A stretch of DNA of 64,000 nucleotides from Eledone cirrhosa (GCA_964016885.1 OZ024746.1:22816001-22880000); one strand, 5' to 3'; positions 30,129 through 45,214 are shown, counted from the stretch's first letter. Made by a program: numbers and translations. The notes: generated by a model not told the origin, from the sequence alone.

Positions 30129-30420
30129 ATAAATTAACGGAGCCATAGACTCTCGCTATTCCCTGTCAATAATGTGCTCAAAGGAAAAGGAATCCTGAGT
30201 TCTTTAAAATACAATATGTTGAAAAGGTAACACACTAGAGAGAGATAGTGCGCTATCAATAAAACAGAAAAAAACCACCAGTGTATGGAATCTATAACCT
30301 ATGAAAGGCAGGGTAGACACACATAAATTAAAAATATAAATTAAAATGTATATACGTACCTCTATAACTATAAAAAAACAAACAAATTATTTCTCAGTGT
30401 CATCTTTTGTGAGAATGTTA

Positions 30421-30635
30421 TTTCTGCAACATCATTCTGCAACATCATTCACAATTGTCTTCTCAAGTTTTTCAAGTCTACGTTTATAACCAGGATCATC
30501 CTTCTATGTTGAAGGGTCTTTGTCGAGGAAATCGGTGCTGATAGAAAATCTCGGGGCGAAAGTTTTTGTACCAAGAGTTACAAAATACGGAAACTCGATT
30601 TTTTCATCTTTGACTGCTTCCAGCATAACTTGAGC
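30421..30635 (-). pseudogene. DNA transposase C-terminal fragment (hAT/hATm-like)
   Basis: Minus translation ..STDFLDKDPST*KDDPGYKRRLEKLEKTIVNDVAE matches the FL...P..W.....Y......L.VVND.AER pattern. Confidence 0.55.
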
Positions 30636-30659
30636 AATATTTGCTTTAACCTCTCCTTG

Positions 30660-30945
30660 CTCCCATTTGCTCCCCCTTTCTCCTTCCTCTCATTGCTCTC
30701 CTTTTCTCATTGCTCTTCTTTTATCCTTGCTCTCCTTTTCTCATTGCTCTCCTTGCTTTCCTTTTCTCATTGCTCTCCCTTTTTCCTTCCTCTCCTTGCT
30801 CTCCTTTTCTCATTGCTCTCCTTGCTCTCACTTTCTCCTTCCCTCCTTGCATACTTGCTCTCTTTGGCCCCCCCTTCTCCTTCCTCTCCTTGCGCTCGTT
30901 TTCTCATTGCTCTCATTGCTCTCCTTACTTTCCCTTTCTCATTGT
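30660..30945. repeat. Pyrimidine-rich minisatellite (CTCCTTTTCTCATTGCTCTCCTTG-like)
   Basis: TTTTCTCATTGCTCT recurs about 6 times. Confidence 0.8.
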
Positions 30946-31043
30946 ATCTATGTACTTGTTTATATACAAATACAATGAGAAAAGGGGAGCAAGGAGAAAT
31001 ATGAAAGCAAGGATAGTAAGGAGAGTATATACATATCATATAT

Positions 31044-31113
<70 letters not shown>

Positions 31114-31170
31114 CTCAATACCGAGTACTCATTTCTCTCAGCTGTCAACCACATACAGATATATGTATAT

Positions 31171-31551
31171 TGGGGTGGCCCTTAGCAATAGGTAATTTTT
31201 CGAAAGTTAAAATGTTGTTGCATCCACAGGGAAAAATAGGTGTTTGCCCTATACCTGAGCTCATTCCCCAACTTTGCAAGTTGCCTTCCCCATTATATTT
31301 ATTGTCACTTATGCTTCTAATACCAAGAATATGTCTGAATAAGTTTTTAATTTAAGAGAAAATTATATACTTCCCGGGCGAAAACCTCAAAATTTCACGG
31401 TTGATGAGGATCGTATTGCAGTTGTCCGCTTGAACTAAGATTTTGCATAGATTGTTTTTATTTTTTATTTTATTTTTTTGTTTGTTAATTGGAACAAGAT
31501 AGGGGCGTGGGAGCTAAGCCTTTAGAAAGTTGAAAAATAAGGGCCACCCTA
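31171..31551. mobile_element. MITE with 14-bp TIR (hAT/hATm-like TAGGG end)
   Basis: TGGGGTGGCCCTTA (31171-84) and TAAGGGCCACCCTA (31538-51). Flanks ATGTATAT/ATATATAT are compatible with an 8-bp TSD. Confidence 0.7.
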
Positions 31552-31629
31552 ATATATATATATATATAATATATATATATATATACAATATATTAACAAA
31601 TGGAAACTATATTTATAAAACCATATTTA

Positions 31630-31691
31630 TTTCATTATATATATTTCAAGGGCCACCAGAGCAAACCATGGTGCGCTTTCATCAGATAAAA
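31630..31691 (-). ncRNA. Type I hammerhead ribozyme motif
   Basis: Minus strand: UUUUAU CUGAUGA aagcgcacca..ugguggcccuu GAAA UAUAUA U A AUGAAA. 6-bp helix I, helix II, palindromic helix III AUAUAUAU, AUA triplet. Confidence 0.75.
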
Positions 31692-31786
31692 TATAATATA
31701 GGTTAGTTTTATAAATAAATATTGACATACCCTTAAAAAATGCAACCATTCTGGTTGGAATATCCCAACAAATTAAATACAACCTC

Positions 31787-31821
<35 letters not shown>

Positions 31822-31830
31822 GTGTGTGTG

Positions 31831-31896
<66 letters not shown>

Positions 31897-32351
31897 CACA
31901 CATATATATATATATATATGTGTATATATACTTACACATACAAACATTATATATATATATATATACTTACACACACACAAACACATACATATATACATAT
32001 AATCTCTTTCTCAGATAAACGTTGTCACAATTCCACAATCTTGCGTAACCATAGTAACAAATATTTTATGAAGCACCGATTGCGACCTACTTAATAGATG
32101 GTAATTTCATGAAAGCATGTTGTTTGTAATAACAATAAGATTCTAGTAAATTTACAAGTGTTCTTCTCCCACATGGGTAATAATATATAGCTTCGCCTCC
32201 GCAACAAAGAGTTAATAGACGCCACTTGAATAATGTTTAAGTCAGCAATATATTTGTAAGTAAAATTCTGTATCTTGTCATGTAATTAAATACGAATTGA
32301 ATTTCGCATACATACAAACACATTTATATTATATATACATATATGTATATG

Positions 32352-32399
<48 letters not shown>

Positions 32400-32434
32400 T
32401 GGATATATCTATGTATATATATATATGAATTTAT

Positions 32435-32548
<114 letters not shown>

Positions 32549-32711
32549 ATGTGTGGTGTGTGTGTGAATATATTTGAAAAAGGAGAAAAATGGCTTCGCT
32601 GGTAGTTGGTATTCTTTAATAGTTCAAATCTTGATATTAGCGACTTACTGTAAAGATTTGAACTATTAAAAAGTACCAACTGTCAGTGAAGTCATTCTTC
32701 TCGTTTTTCAA

Positions 32712-32745
<34 letters not shown>

Positions 32746-33428
32746 TTGAGAGAAAGGAAGAAAGACGAATTTTTTCCCTTCTTTAGTACTTTCTCTCTCC
32801 CACTTTTCTATTTTCGTTTTCGTGGCTTCTTTTCTTCTCTTCTTCTTCCATCCTTTCTCACTCTCCCCCGCTCTTCTCATCCCCCTTACCCGACTCACTG
32901 CCCTTGCCTGTCACTTCCGCTTGATGCCACTTCTGCATTTTACTTCTTTCTCTGTGATCCGCCCGTCAGAGTATCTATTTTGTTCGTTTTATCACGTAAA
33001 CATCATACCAGCAGAAATGTTTACTATACTATTCCTTGAACCGTAATTTTATGTGGTCCTCTCAAATTAAATCGTTCGAAACCACAGCCGCTCTGAAAGC
33101 TGAAGAGGTTAAAGGATGTATGTATGATCTTGTCTCGTTCATTTGCTCCTATCTCTTCTGCGGGCCAACACACCTCTAGCCGCTGATTTCTCTCCTTCAA
33201 AGTAAATTATACCCGACGCTGTCATTAACGCCATTTTGCTGTTTTAACAGATATTCTTGTATTGTGTTTTTCTCATTATTCTATGAATTTAATACACTTG
33301 CGCTCCGACTCAGTCTCCGAGAAAACTTTATATATATATATATGTAACAGTAAATAGAAATAACAACACAAACATACAGTATATGGAAGGGATATATTAG
33401 ATTAACGCTTGAAATAGCAGGAAGAGGG

Positions 33429-33464
33429 TCTTAACGTTTCAGACGCTAGCCTTTCATCAGAAGA
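33429..33464 (-). ncRNA. Minimal type I hammerhead ribozyme motif, in an element (33344-33478) between (TA)n tracts
   Basis: Minus strand: UCUU CUGAUGA a-aggc-uagc-gucu GAAA CG U U AAGA. Helix III palindrome ACGU, GUU triplet. A degenerate homolog lies on + at ~19421-19490. Confidence 0.7.
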
Positions 33465-33476
33465 AAGAATGAGAAA

Positions 33477-33513
<37 letters not shown>

Positions 33514-33708
33514 TTTTTAATATCGGTGTTTGCTGTCTGTTGGTTTCAGCTTCACTCCAAAACCCTCGGTATATTAGATGTTTCTTCTGTAGCCTCGGGT
33601 TGACCAATGGTTTTTGAGTGGAAACTGAAGATGCTGTTTGTGTGTCTATGTACATATGTGTATGTATATATGAATGAATGTATGTATGATAGTATTATGT
33701 ACATACGT

Positions 33709-33804
<96 letters not shown>

Positions 33805-34525
33805 GTGTGTATATGTATGTATGTGTATACGTATGTATGTATCTGTGTATATATATATGATGGTATATATATATATATATATATAATGTATGTGTCTGTA
33901 TATTTGCATATATGTATGTATGTATGTATGTATATATATATATTTTTTTTAATTTAATTATTATTATTATTGTTATTGTTGTTGTTATTATTAATATTAT
34001 TATTATTATTTATTTTTTGTGTAATGGCCATACTCGATAACGATGGGGCAGACATCATGTATGTATGTATGTATGAATTCGTATACGTATGTATGTATGT
34101 ACGTTGGTATCATGTTCCATATTGTGCGCCACAGTTTTGCACACCCAACACCTAAAAGGATGAGATTTTCCACAGGAATACACATTGTCATAATATAGGC
34201 CATAAGCTATGTAACGTTTACTTTCAATATATTAAAACAAAGAAAAGAAAACAAGAATATTCTGTATCCCGAAGCACTGAAATAGATATTGAAAGTTCCA
34301 GATTAGAAAGACAAGCCAAGTAGAATGTTCATGGAAATCAGTTCAGTATTTTGGAAATATATTTTCCCAGAAAATATTTCGAAAAAGTAGAATAATATTT
34401 TAGGTTCTATATTTGTTTATTGTTTATTTGTTATACTTATTTTTCTTTTAATTGTTTCAGTTATACTGCGGCCACGCTTGGACTCAGTTTTAACGGTCAC
34501 TTAGCCGACCTTATCAAGCCCAATA

Positions 34526-35210
<685 letters not shown>

Positions 35211-35377
35211 GTGTGTGTGTGTGGTGTATGTGACTCAGTGAATTACTGGTGGTGATACCAATACGAGCACTCGATGCACAGGCAGAGTGTATATATTAAG
35301 AAAAACGATTAAGTTTCGATTACATGCATTTAGTTTTTTTTATTGTGAAAATACTATATTTCTTGTTGGATTACCAG

Positions 35378-36400
35378 TCTGCTGACCGCGGTAAAGAGGA
35401 CGAAGCTGAAGTGGTATGGGCATGTAACAAGATTGGACGGACTCTCCTAGACAATTCTCCAAAGAACGGCACGGGAAAAGATCTGCTGACCGCGGTAAAG
35501 AGGACGAAGCTGAAGTGGTATGGGCATGTAACAAGATTGGACGGACTCTCCTAGACAATTCTCCAAAGAACGGCACGGGGAAAGATCTGCTGACCGCGGT
35601 AAAGAGGACGAAGCTGAAGTGGTATGGGCATGTAACAAGATTGGACGGACTCTCCAAGACAATTCTCCAAAGAACGGCACGGGAAAAGATCTGCTGACCG
35701 CGGTAAAGAGGACGAAGCTGAAGTGGTATGGGCATGTAACAAGATTGGACGGACTCTCCAAGACAATTCTCCAAAGAACAGCACGGGAAAAGATCTGCTG
35801 ACCGCGGTAAAGAGGACGAAGCTGAAGTGGTATGGGCATGTAACAAGATTGGACGGACTCTCCAAGACAATTCTCCAAAGAACGGCACGGGGAAAGATCT
35901 GCTGACCGCGGTAAAGAGGACGAAGCTGAAGTGGTATGGGCATGTAACAAGATTGGACGGACTCTCCAAGACAATTCTCCAAAGAACAGCACGGGGAAAG
36001 ATCTGCTGACCGCGGTAAAGAGGACGAAGCTGAAGTGGTATAGGCATGTAACAAGATTGGACGGACTCTCCAAGACAATTCTCCAAAGAACAGCACGGGA
36101 AAAGATCTGCTGACCGCGGTAAAGAGGACGAAGCTGAAGTGGTATGGGCATGTAACAAGATTGGACGGACTCTCCAAGACAATTCTCCAAAGAACGGCAC
36201 GGGGAAAGAGAAGACGGAACATACAGAGGAAGCGGTGGATAGACAAAATAACTGAGCGGACGGGAAAGAAATTTGCCACAACCCAAGCACTCGCCCATGA
36301 CCGCCAGTGATGAAGGCATTTGGTGCAGCGTTCAAACACTGCAATGTCCCAACAACCGCGAAAAAGGTTAAGGGAACATCATGATGATGTTGATGATGAT
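35378..36400 (+). mobile_element. RTE-clade LINE 3' end whose 5' part is amplified as an 8 x 104-bp tandem array
   Basis: Units start at 35378, 35481, 35585, 35689, 35793, 35897, 36001 and 36105. Each encodes DLLTAVKRTKLKWYGHVTRLDGLSKTILQ. The last runs into GKRRRNIQRKRWID..LAHDR and a (TGA)n tail. Confidence 0.85.
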
Positions 36401-36447
36401 TCACATACATACATGTATATTTTGTCTGACTGTTCTTCAAACTTATA

Positions 36448-36519
<72 letters not shown>

Positions 36520-36840
36520 GAATAATCGAGTATCGAAAAATCGGCGCACGATTTCACGATAAACAAAATTCGAGATGAGCGGCAGAGGGCTCTATAATTC
36601 AAATAAATCAGAGCTATAACTATCGTTAAAATACCGTCACACGTAGAATATGTCTACAATCAACCAAATAACCGAAAAATTTCGATATGGAAGATTCGGG
36701 ACACTCAGATAAATTATCAATAAATCAATAAATGAAATGAATGTAAAAAGCATACCCGGACCCACTAGAGAGATGGTATATCTAGCTTCTTGGGTTTCTG
36801 TAAATCCTTAAACCGTCCTCTATCAGCTCACATAAAAATA

Positions 36841-36910
36841 CGCTTTTTCTACCAGCCGAAATACGATTCTCGCTGAATTTATATTTATATAATACATACA
36901 TACATATATA

Positions 36911-37008
<98 letters not shown>

Positions 37009-37059
37009 TATATAAATATAAATTCAGCTAGAATCGTATTTCGGCTGGTAGAAAAAGCG
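36841..37059. repeat. Inverted repeat (60-bp arms) centred on a (TA)n tract
   Basis: 36841-36900 pairs with 37000-37059 with one mismatch. A homologous end at ~48826-48873 also abuts (TA)n. Confidence 0.85.
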
Positions 37060-37286
37060 AAACGAAACGAAAAATCGTAGAAATGCTGGCAAGCGCTCCA
37101 ATAGTTAAGAAAACTAGAGCTAAATAATATGTTAAGACGCCATACAAACTGAAAAGTGGTCAAGAAGGCATTAACCACCTAAGCCAAAAAACAAATCAAG
37201 CTAAACAGGTCAAACAAAATAAATGATATATATATATATATGTATTATATATATATGTGTGTATTGTATATATATATATATGTATA

Positions 37287-37374
37287 CTGGAGTTGTGACC
37301 GATAGATAGTATTAGCAATTGGAAAGACCAACGGAAACATTGTTTCCTCGGTCCGATTTGACGAAAGTCGATCG
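37287..37374. repeat. 88-bp dispersed structured repeat
   Basis: 3 mismatches versus 60479-60566. A diverged copy lies at ~54280-54365. Confidence 0.8.
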
Positions 37375-37394
37375 TTCCTTTATTATATATGTAT

Positions 37395-37426
<32 letters not shown>

Positions 37427-37547
37427 ATATATATATATATGTGTATTATATATATATATGTGTGTATTATATATATATATATATATATGTATCATATATA
37501 TATATATTTATATATATATATGTATTATATATATATATATATATGTG

Positions 37548-37583
<36 letters not shown>

Positions 37584-37712
37584 CATATATATATATATAT
37601 GTATTATATATATATATATATATATATATGTATCATATATATATATATATGTATTATATATATGTATATATATATATATATATATGTATCATATATATAT
37701 ATATGTATTATA

Positions 37713-37838
<126 letters not shown>

Positions 37839-37954
37839 CATATATATATATATATAATACATATATATATATATATGTTTAAACAATTAAGTTAACAATT
37901 TGTTTTTATATATATATGTATTATATATATATATATATATAATATATATATATA

Positions 37955-38238
37955 GGAGGCACGTGGCCTAGTGGTAAGAGTGTTGGACTTACGATCATAA
38001 TGTCGTGGGCTCGATTCCTGGGTTGCGTGTTGTGTTCTTGAGCAAAACACTTCATTTTACGTTGCTGCAGTATACTCAGCTGAAAATAAGTCCCAGCAAT
38101 AGCTGGTGGTTTAACCCTGCGATGGACTGTCGTCCTGTCCAGGGGGTAGTCTTGTACTCTCAGTCGCTTCACGCCATGAAACCGGGATAAGCACCGGCCA
38201 AATGAGCCTTCTGGCTTAAGACAGACTTTAGACTTTTA
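37955..38238 (+). mobile_element. Full-length tRNA-derived SINE with V-SINE-like central domain
   Basis: A/B boxes, GTGTTCTTGAGCAAAACACTT, CCCTGCGATGGACTGTCGTCCTGTCCAGGGG, and an AGACTTT-repeat tail. Confidence 0.7.
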
Positions 38239-40999
38239 GAATATATATATATATATATATATACATGCATCTGTACATGTGTTGTATTGTAGTAAATGTA
38301 ATTAATACAATTCTCAATTCTATGATATAGATTTCAATGAGTTTACAACGTTTCTTGAAACACGCTTGGTTTCCTGAAATAATTCCTCCCTCCCTTTTTT
38401 ATTGCAAACGGCAATCTCCAGTAATTTGATTATCTTCAACCATTTTCCTTCTATTCTCTGGCAGAACATCAGAATTAGCCGGTTACAAAAATATATGCAA
38501 TTAGTTTGGAAATATTTCGTCGTTTTACTGGAGAGAAAACGAGGAACAGAATGGGAAAAAATATTATATAAATAATATATATATATACTATAATATAATA
38601 TAAATAATATATAATATATAAATAATATATAATGTATATATATATATACATGCATATATATATATACATGCATATACAATCGTTGCTTCAGACGTGGAAT
38701 AATTTCAACGGTAAGAATCTGAATAGTTGTCAAGTTGATAATTACTCAAGTGAATGAAATGAACTTTTTACCAATTAACTGATTGAGTAGCTTTCAATAT
38801 AACGTAGCCTGGTGATTTGTAACTGATTGTAACTGATATGATACCAGTAGGAGTGGAACAATGGTGAAACAAGCCTTGTGGAATTCTATTCATCAATCAG
38901 ATAACTTGCATTTATTTTAAATATTTTCTTCTTAATATCCAAGATACAGTGCGAGATAAAGCACCCACACATACATGTCCACACTCTTACGCACACGCAC
39001 ACACACTTGTAGACATCTACGTACACATACGCATACATCTATATTCATACACATAGATATGCAATACACATATAAGTATCTACACACACACACACACATA
39101 CACAGAGTCAGACAGATGTCGATTTACAAGCGCATAGACATCCAAGATCTACGTACATATACGCACACAAACAGATATCTACTACACACATAGAGACATA
39201 GATTTATACACACACATTCATATACATGAGCACACATACACACTCAGCCATCTACACAAACACATCTAATTATTATGTAGATTGTATTTCAAGATTGTCC
39301 AGGGAAGGACAAATATCAATCTGCAGATATAAAGGACAGTAACTAACCATAGTGCTAGTATGGTTTCTTACTCTCAGCGACTAGTAACATTACTGTGAGG
39401 GCACGTTGCTTAGTGGTTAGTGGATTCGAATCATGATAATGAGGTTCTGAGTGCAATTTCCGGCGGTGGTACGACGTTGTGTCCTTGAGCAAGGCACCTT
39501 ATTTCACGTTGCTCTAGTTCTTTCAGTAGGGAAAAAATAGTTTTACCTGTATTTCAAAGGACAAATTTTCTCATACTGAATCTCTTTAAGAACTACGCTA
39601 GAGTTATACGCGTCTGTGGAATGCTCAGTCATTTTCACGTTAATTTCTCGAGCAGGCTATTCCGTTGTTTGAGCAACTGGAACAGGTCTTCGAAAGAGTC
39701 ATCGACACCAGTACATGACTGCTACTTTATTTATCGACTCCGGAAAGGTTAAAGGCAACATTGACATTGGCTAAATTTGAACACCAAGAGCAGAAAACAA
39801 AGAAAAATACCACAAGGCATTGTTTTCGAAAATTTAACTACTTTATCAATTCACCGCCTTACTTTAGTATTTACTGACTTCGAGGAAGACGAAACATCAG
39901 CATTACCAGCTGTTCGATTAACCGAACAGCCTGCTCGTGAAAATTAAAAATTAATGTGCAAGTGGCTGAGCATTCCAAAGTCACATGTACTCTTAACGTA
40001 GTTATCTAGAGGATTCAGCGTGAAACACAATGTGTGACCAGACTGAATGACCCTTTGAACTACAGCTACAAATCATTTTTCTTTTTCAGCAGCGTGAAGT
40101 AATGGTTTCTGATTTAGGCACGAGGCCAAGACTATTTTAGGGGAGGGGAACGTCGATTAAATCGACCCCAATGCATTACAGGTACTTTATTTTATCGACC
40201 CCGTGAGAATGAAAGACAAAGCTAACGTCGGTGATATTTAAACTCAGAACGTAAAAGGCCGTAACTCAATGCCGCTAAACATGTTGTCCGACGCTCTACC
40301 GATACTACCAATCGACTGTAACGGGAAATAGTGTGTCTTGTTCAAGGACTTAACACGTTTTCGGGAATCGACCGTAGGATTTTACGATTTTGAATTGAAC
40401 ACACTAAATACTAAACCACACACGCAACCAAAGAGATACGTAGCTGTGCAATGTGCGGCAGATTCTGTTAACTGTTATAATACACTCGTTTTACTATTGA
40501 AATAAGAGTAAATAAAAAGGTTGACAACGTTTGTTTTCGTAGCATGATTCTTTTATAAAATAAACTTTCCGATATTTTGAATGACACCTGATTTCGGTTG
40601 ACATAACTAGCAAGTGCTTCAGTGAACATTTAATAATAATTACAAGAAGACAACGAAACAATTCTAAGTTTGCTATTGTTGTTTTTGGACTTCCTCATTG
40701 GGATGTGAGAGACAGATTTATCAGTCTTTTCCAAGTAGAAAACGACGATAAAAAAAAAATCTAAAAAGTAAAGATAACAGGAAAAACTGAGCGAAAATAA
40801 GCTAATAGATAATCTCGCGCTTCTACTTGAGGCTATTTTATGTTATTTTAGTTGTTATAAGTATTTGGTGTAGTGAAATATATATATACTCCGAGAAAAC
40901 GTCTTACTATATTGTAGATAAAATATATCTTAAATTAAAAACAATGTCTTTTCATTCTAGGTAATAAAACAAATATATTTTGGAGTTGTGTATATATAT

Positions 41000-41058
41000 A
41001 AACATCTCAATACTTTACATTTTTTCGTATGTTCAACCGACACACACACACACACACC

Positions 41059-41111
<53 letters not shown>

Positions 41112-41150
41112 GTTGAACATACGAAAAAGATCTAGAGTATTGAGATGTTT
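41000..41150. repeat. Inverted repeat (~39-bp arms) centred on (CA)n(TA)n
   Basis: AAACATCTCAATACTTTACATTTTTTCGTATGTTCAACC versus GGTTGAACATACGAAAAAGATCTAGAGTATTGAGATGTTT. Confidence 0.75.
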
Positions 41151-42005
41151 TCCGGAAATGTATGAAAATATAAATACCAAACATATTTCTTTACATCTGA
41201 AAGAGATTCTAACATTCTAAAAATTATTTTATTTAGTCACTGGACTGGATTGCGGCCATGCTGGGACACCGCCATAAAATGATTTAGTCGATCATATCGA
41301 TTACAGTACTCACTTGTAAGCCTTGTACTTATTTTATCGATTTCTTTTGTTGAACCGTCATGTTACTGGACATAAACAAAGGCTTCTACAGTTTCAACCA
41401 ATCAAATTTCACCTCGTCAACTCACGGTAGAAGACGCCTGGCCAAAGTACCGCAGAGTGGGAGTGAACCTAAACTATGTGCCGGTCAAGCGAACTCCTTA
41501 ACCACAAAGCCATGTTGGGAAACATTAATAGACAACCCAAACGTTATATAAATGACGGCGATATTAAAGTAAAAATTGTCCAAGGATTTATTCAGCTCTG
41601 ATCGAGTAATTCTATATTAAAGTCGTCGTTCCATAACTTTAAAAAAAAAAAATGGTTTATATTTATCACCAATCACTGTCCTTCACGCTTTCCTAAATGT
41701 AATTTGAGGGGAATGTGATGGCTTTTTTTTTTAGTACTGAGTTAGTGCGTTAGCTTGCGACAGTAAGGAATTTATAAAAACGGCACCGGGTCAGATTAAG
41801 GGAATCTTAATTAGGAACTACCTAACTGCATTCACCCGTCTCTTATACCTGGCCAACTGAATTGTGGGCAACATATACTAGTTAATTATGTAATTAATTA
41901 ATTAATTTCAATAAGCTTTGAATAAATATTATTTCACCCCTTATCACAGCATTGGATACCTCCTTTCACTTAATTCTATTACACACCAACCTGATACTAA
42001 CAACC

Positions 42006-42110
<105 letters not shown>

Positions 42111-42197
42111 CAACACCACTAAGAAAAAATACGATTCTTTATTCAATTTTCATTATTCCCAACTCTTTTGTTTACAAGGAAGCAAATGTTTTCTTAT

Positions 42198-42682
42198 GCC
42201 ACCACCACCACCACCACAACAATAACACCTTCACCATACCACAACAACACCAACACCACCACAATAACACCTTCACCATACCACAACAATAACACCTTCA
42301 CCATACCACAATAACACCAACACCACAGCAATAACACCTCCACCATACCACAACGACACCAACACCACAACAATAACACCTCTACCACACCACAACAACA
42401 TCAACATCACAGCAATAACACCTCTACCATACCACAACAACATTAACACCACAACAATAACACCTCCACCACACCACACCAACACCACAGCAGTAACACC
42501 TCCACAACACCACAGCCGTAACACCTCCACCAGACCACAACATCACAACAATAACACCTCCACCACACCAACACCACAGCAGTAACACCTCCACCAGACC
42601 ACAACATCACAACAATAACACCTCCACCACACCAACACCACAGCAGTAACACCTCCACCACACCACACCAACACCACAGCCA
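42198..42682. repeat. C/A-rich minisatellite (ACAATAACACCTCCACCAyACC..)
   Basis: Directly visible; variable unit of ~23-41 bp. Confidence 0.85.
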
Positions 42683-44262
42683 TTATAATATCATCACAAG
42701 CGATTCACAAAATATAGAAAAAAAATTCCAATTTCCGTCGTGTGGCAATTTTAAATGGAAATAATAAGAGAGCAAAATTTAAAAATTAAAATTGTGAACA
42801 CTGGAATTTTCTTAAATAGAATTTCTTTCTTGGTAATTACGTTTAGTTTCTGTAAATAACGAAGCTTTTGTTTTCCCAAACTGTTAGTAATTTCGAGGTA
42901 CAAGAACACAACGCTACCCGTGACAGCGAAATTTTAGTTACAAGACAAAGAGGGAAGCATTTTCGTGTTCGCTCCACCGATTATAAATGTGAAATGAACA
43001 TCCCACATTGTCGACGATGGGTTTTCTAGTTGTTCAATCAACAGAACTGCCTACGTGTAAATGGATGAGCATTTCACACAGACACGTGTACCCTTAACGT
43101 AGGTCAATTCAATAGAGCTTCTAAAAACATTTCCGTCCATCTAATTGCACACACAAGGCTTGAGTTGACGCCAGGATGTGGTAAATGATATTTACCTAAT
43201 ATGTCATGCAGTGGAATCGAACACAGATCTCAAATATTGAGAAGCGATACATGGATCTGTGTTTATGTACCTTAACATAGCAGTTCGCCCCCCCCCCCCC
43301 CCCCCCAGGGGGGGGGGGGTGTACCAGACTTGAAAAAGATCAGGACTGGGGGTCGATATAGTTGACTAAAATCACTTCAAGGTGATGCCCCAACACGGCC
43401 GCAGTCTAATAGCTGAAAACCAGTAAAATAATAAATGAATAAACAACAACATCAACAACAACAAAGAAACGATAATGGAAGGAAAAACACTAATAGCAAT
43501 GACAAAAAAAAAACAAAAAAAAAACAATAGCAATAACAACAACTTGAGGGTAAACAACAAATAACAAACAAAAAGGACAATAACGACGACAACGATAACT
43601 ACAACAATATCAAGGACATAGACGAAATATCACATCAAAGAAAGAAACAGAAAGAAAAATAAAAACAGTAGACATTTTGTTTTGTTTTTGTGTGTTTTTG
43701 TTGTTTGTATCTTACACCAATTGTTGAACAACATTTCAATGTTGTGTAAGAATTGATCGTAAAATATTTGTGTAATTATTACACAGTCGTCTTGTTCACA
43801 TGAAGGAAGAGGCTGGAAATAGCGAAACAGAGAAACAATTATTTGGATACAAAGACTTTCATTTGAATGAGAACAATTAAACGCAAACTTGTTTTCAATA
43901 AAATAGGCAAAAATAAGCGAAGTTTTCTCTTCTATTGGCAAGACATTTTCAAATACCCTCTTACTAAGTTTGGACATAACACATTCATTGTCTGGGGGGA
44001 AGGATATTTATTTTCATCTATTGTTATTTTTTTTTCTTTCTTTAAATTCCATTACATGATTCTCTATTTATCACTTTTATATCTTTTCTTTCCAGCGCGT
44101 GTATGGTATATACGTATGTATATATGTATATATGTATATATGTATATATGTATGTATATCTCATTCTCCTCTCTCTCTTTATGTATATTTATGCATACAT
44201 ATGTGAACACATATATATATATATCTTTCTCTCTCTCTGTATATATATATACACGTAGGGTA

Positions 44263-44380
<118 letters not shown>

Positions 44381-44615
44381 CTACGTTTTTGTTCAGTGAA
44401 AAATTGTCATGTTGCACATTATTTTGCCAAACTTTCTTCTTCCTGAAATCCTTTCGTTTTCCTTCTTATATTTTTATTGTCATCGTAGTCATCATCACCA
44501 TCATCATCACTATCATCATTTATTTCTTATGTATAATGTTCACAATACCAATCTCACAGAAATAAACACACAAACTACATGAACATGATGTGTTTTCTCT
44601 ATCATTTCATTATTT

Positions 44616-44662
<47 letters not shown>

Positions 44663-44712
44663 GAAGTATTTCCGTAGGAAAGGTAAAGGAAAAGAGAGTG
44701 CTCTGTGTAGGC

Positions 44713-44775
44713 TTCAGACCTGATGAATGAAGACAGACATAAATATCTGTCTTCAAGAAACCACTGGTAAATGAA
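44713..44775 (+). ncRNA. Hammerhead ribozyme motif (core intact, helix I imperfect) in element 44657-44808 between (TA)n tracts
   Basis: CUGAUGA (44720-26), A, 10-bp helix II UGAAGACAGA/UCUGUCUUCA, A, GAAA (44757-60), CC-ACU-GG U A. Rearranged homolog at 19538-19658. Confidence 0.65.
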
Positions 44776-44820
44776 ATAATTATCTTATGTTGTTTATTAC
44801 ATAACTGTATATATATATAT

Positions 44821-45214
44821 AAGAGAGTATTGAAGTTTGCTTGAAGCATTGTGGAACAATAAGTAAATATCTTTAAGTCGTTTGGAAGCCTCGACAATGC
44901 AAATGGGTAAATCTCCGGGTAACAAGGTCCGGTGGTGGAGAGAGAGATGTAAGTGGGTGTACGTTGAGATGCGTGGTGTGTATAAGATGTGTGAGATGTG
45001 TAGAATGAAGGGAAGAGTATAAAGGATAAAATAGAAATAACAACACAAGAGAGAGTTACCTTGGGAGAGATTTAATACACATCTCACACATCTTATACAC
45101 ACCACGCATCTCAACGTACACCCACTTACATCTCTCTCTCCACCACCGGACCTTGTTACCCGGAGATTTACCCATTTGCATTGTCGAGGCTTCCAAACGA
45201 CTTAAAGATATTTA

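Noticed and set aside
35378-36208. CRISPR-like regular array
   Set aside because: The units are entirely repeated with no unique spacers, there are no cas genes, and the context is eukaryotic.
35340-36440. 366-, 290- and 262-aa minus-strand ORFs
   Set aside because: They are antisense readings of the 104-bp array. The unit is not a multiple of 3 and the meaningful RTE peptide is on +.
37955-38030. tRNA genes (A/B-box sequences at many SINE heads)
   Set aside because: No complete cloverleaf forms, and each continues into a SINE body.
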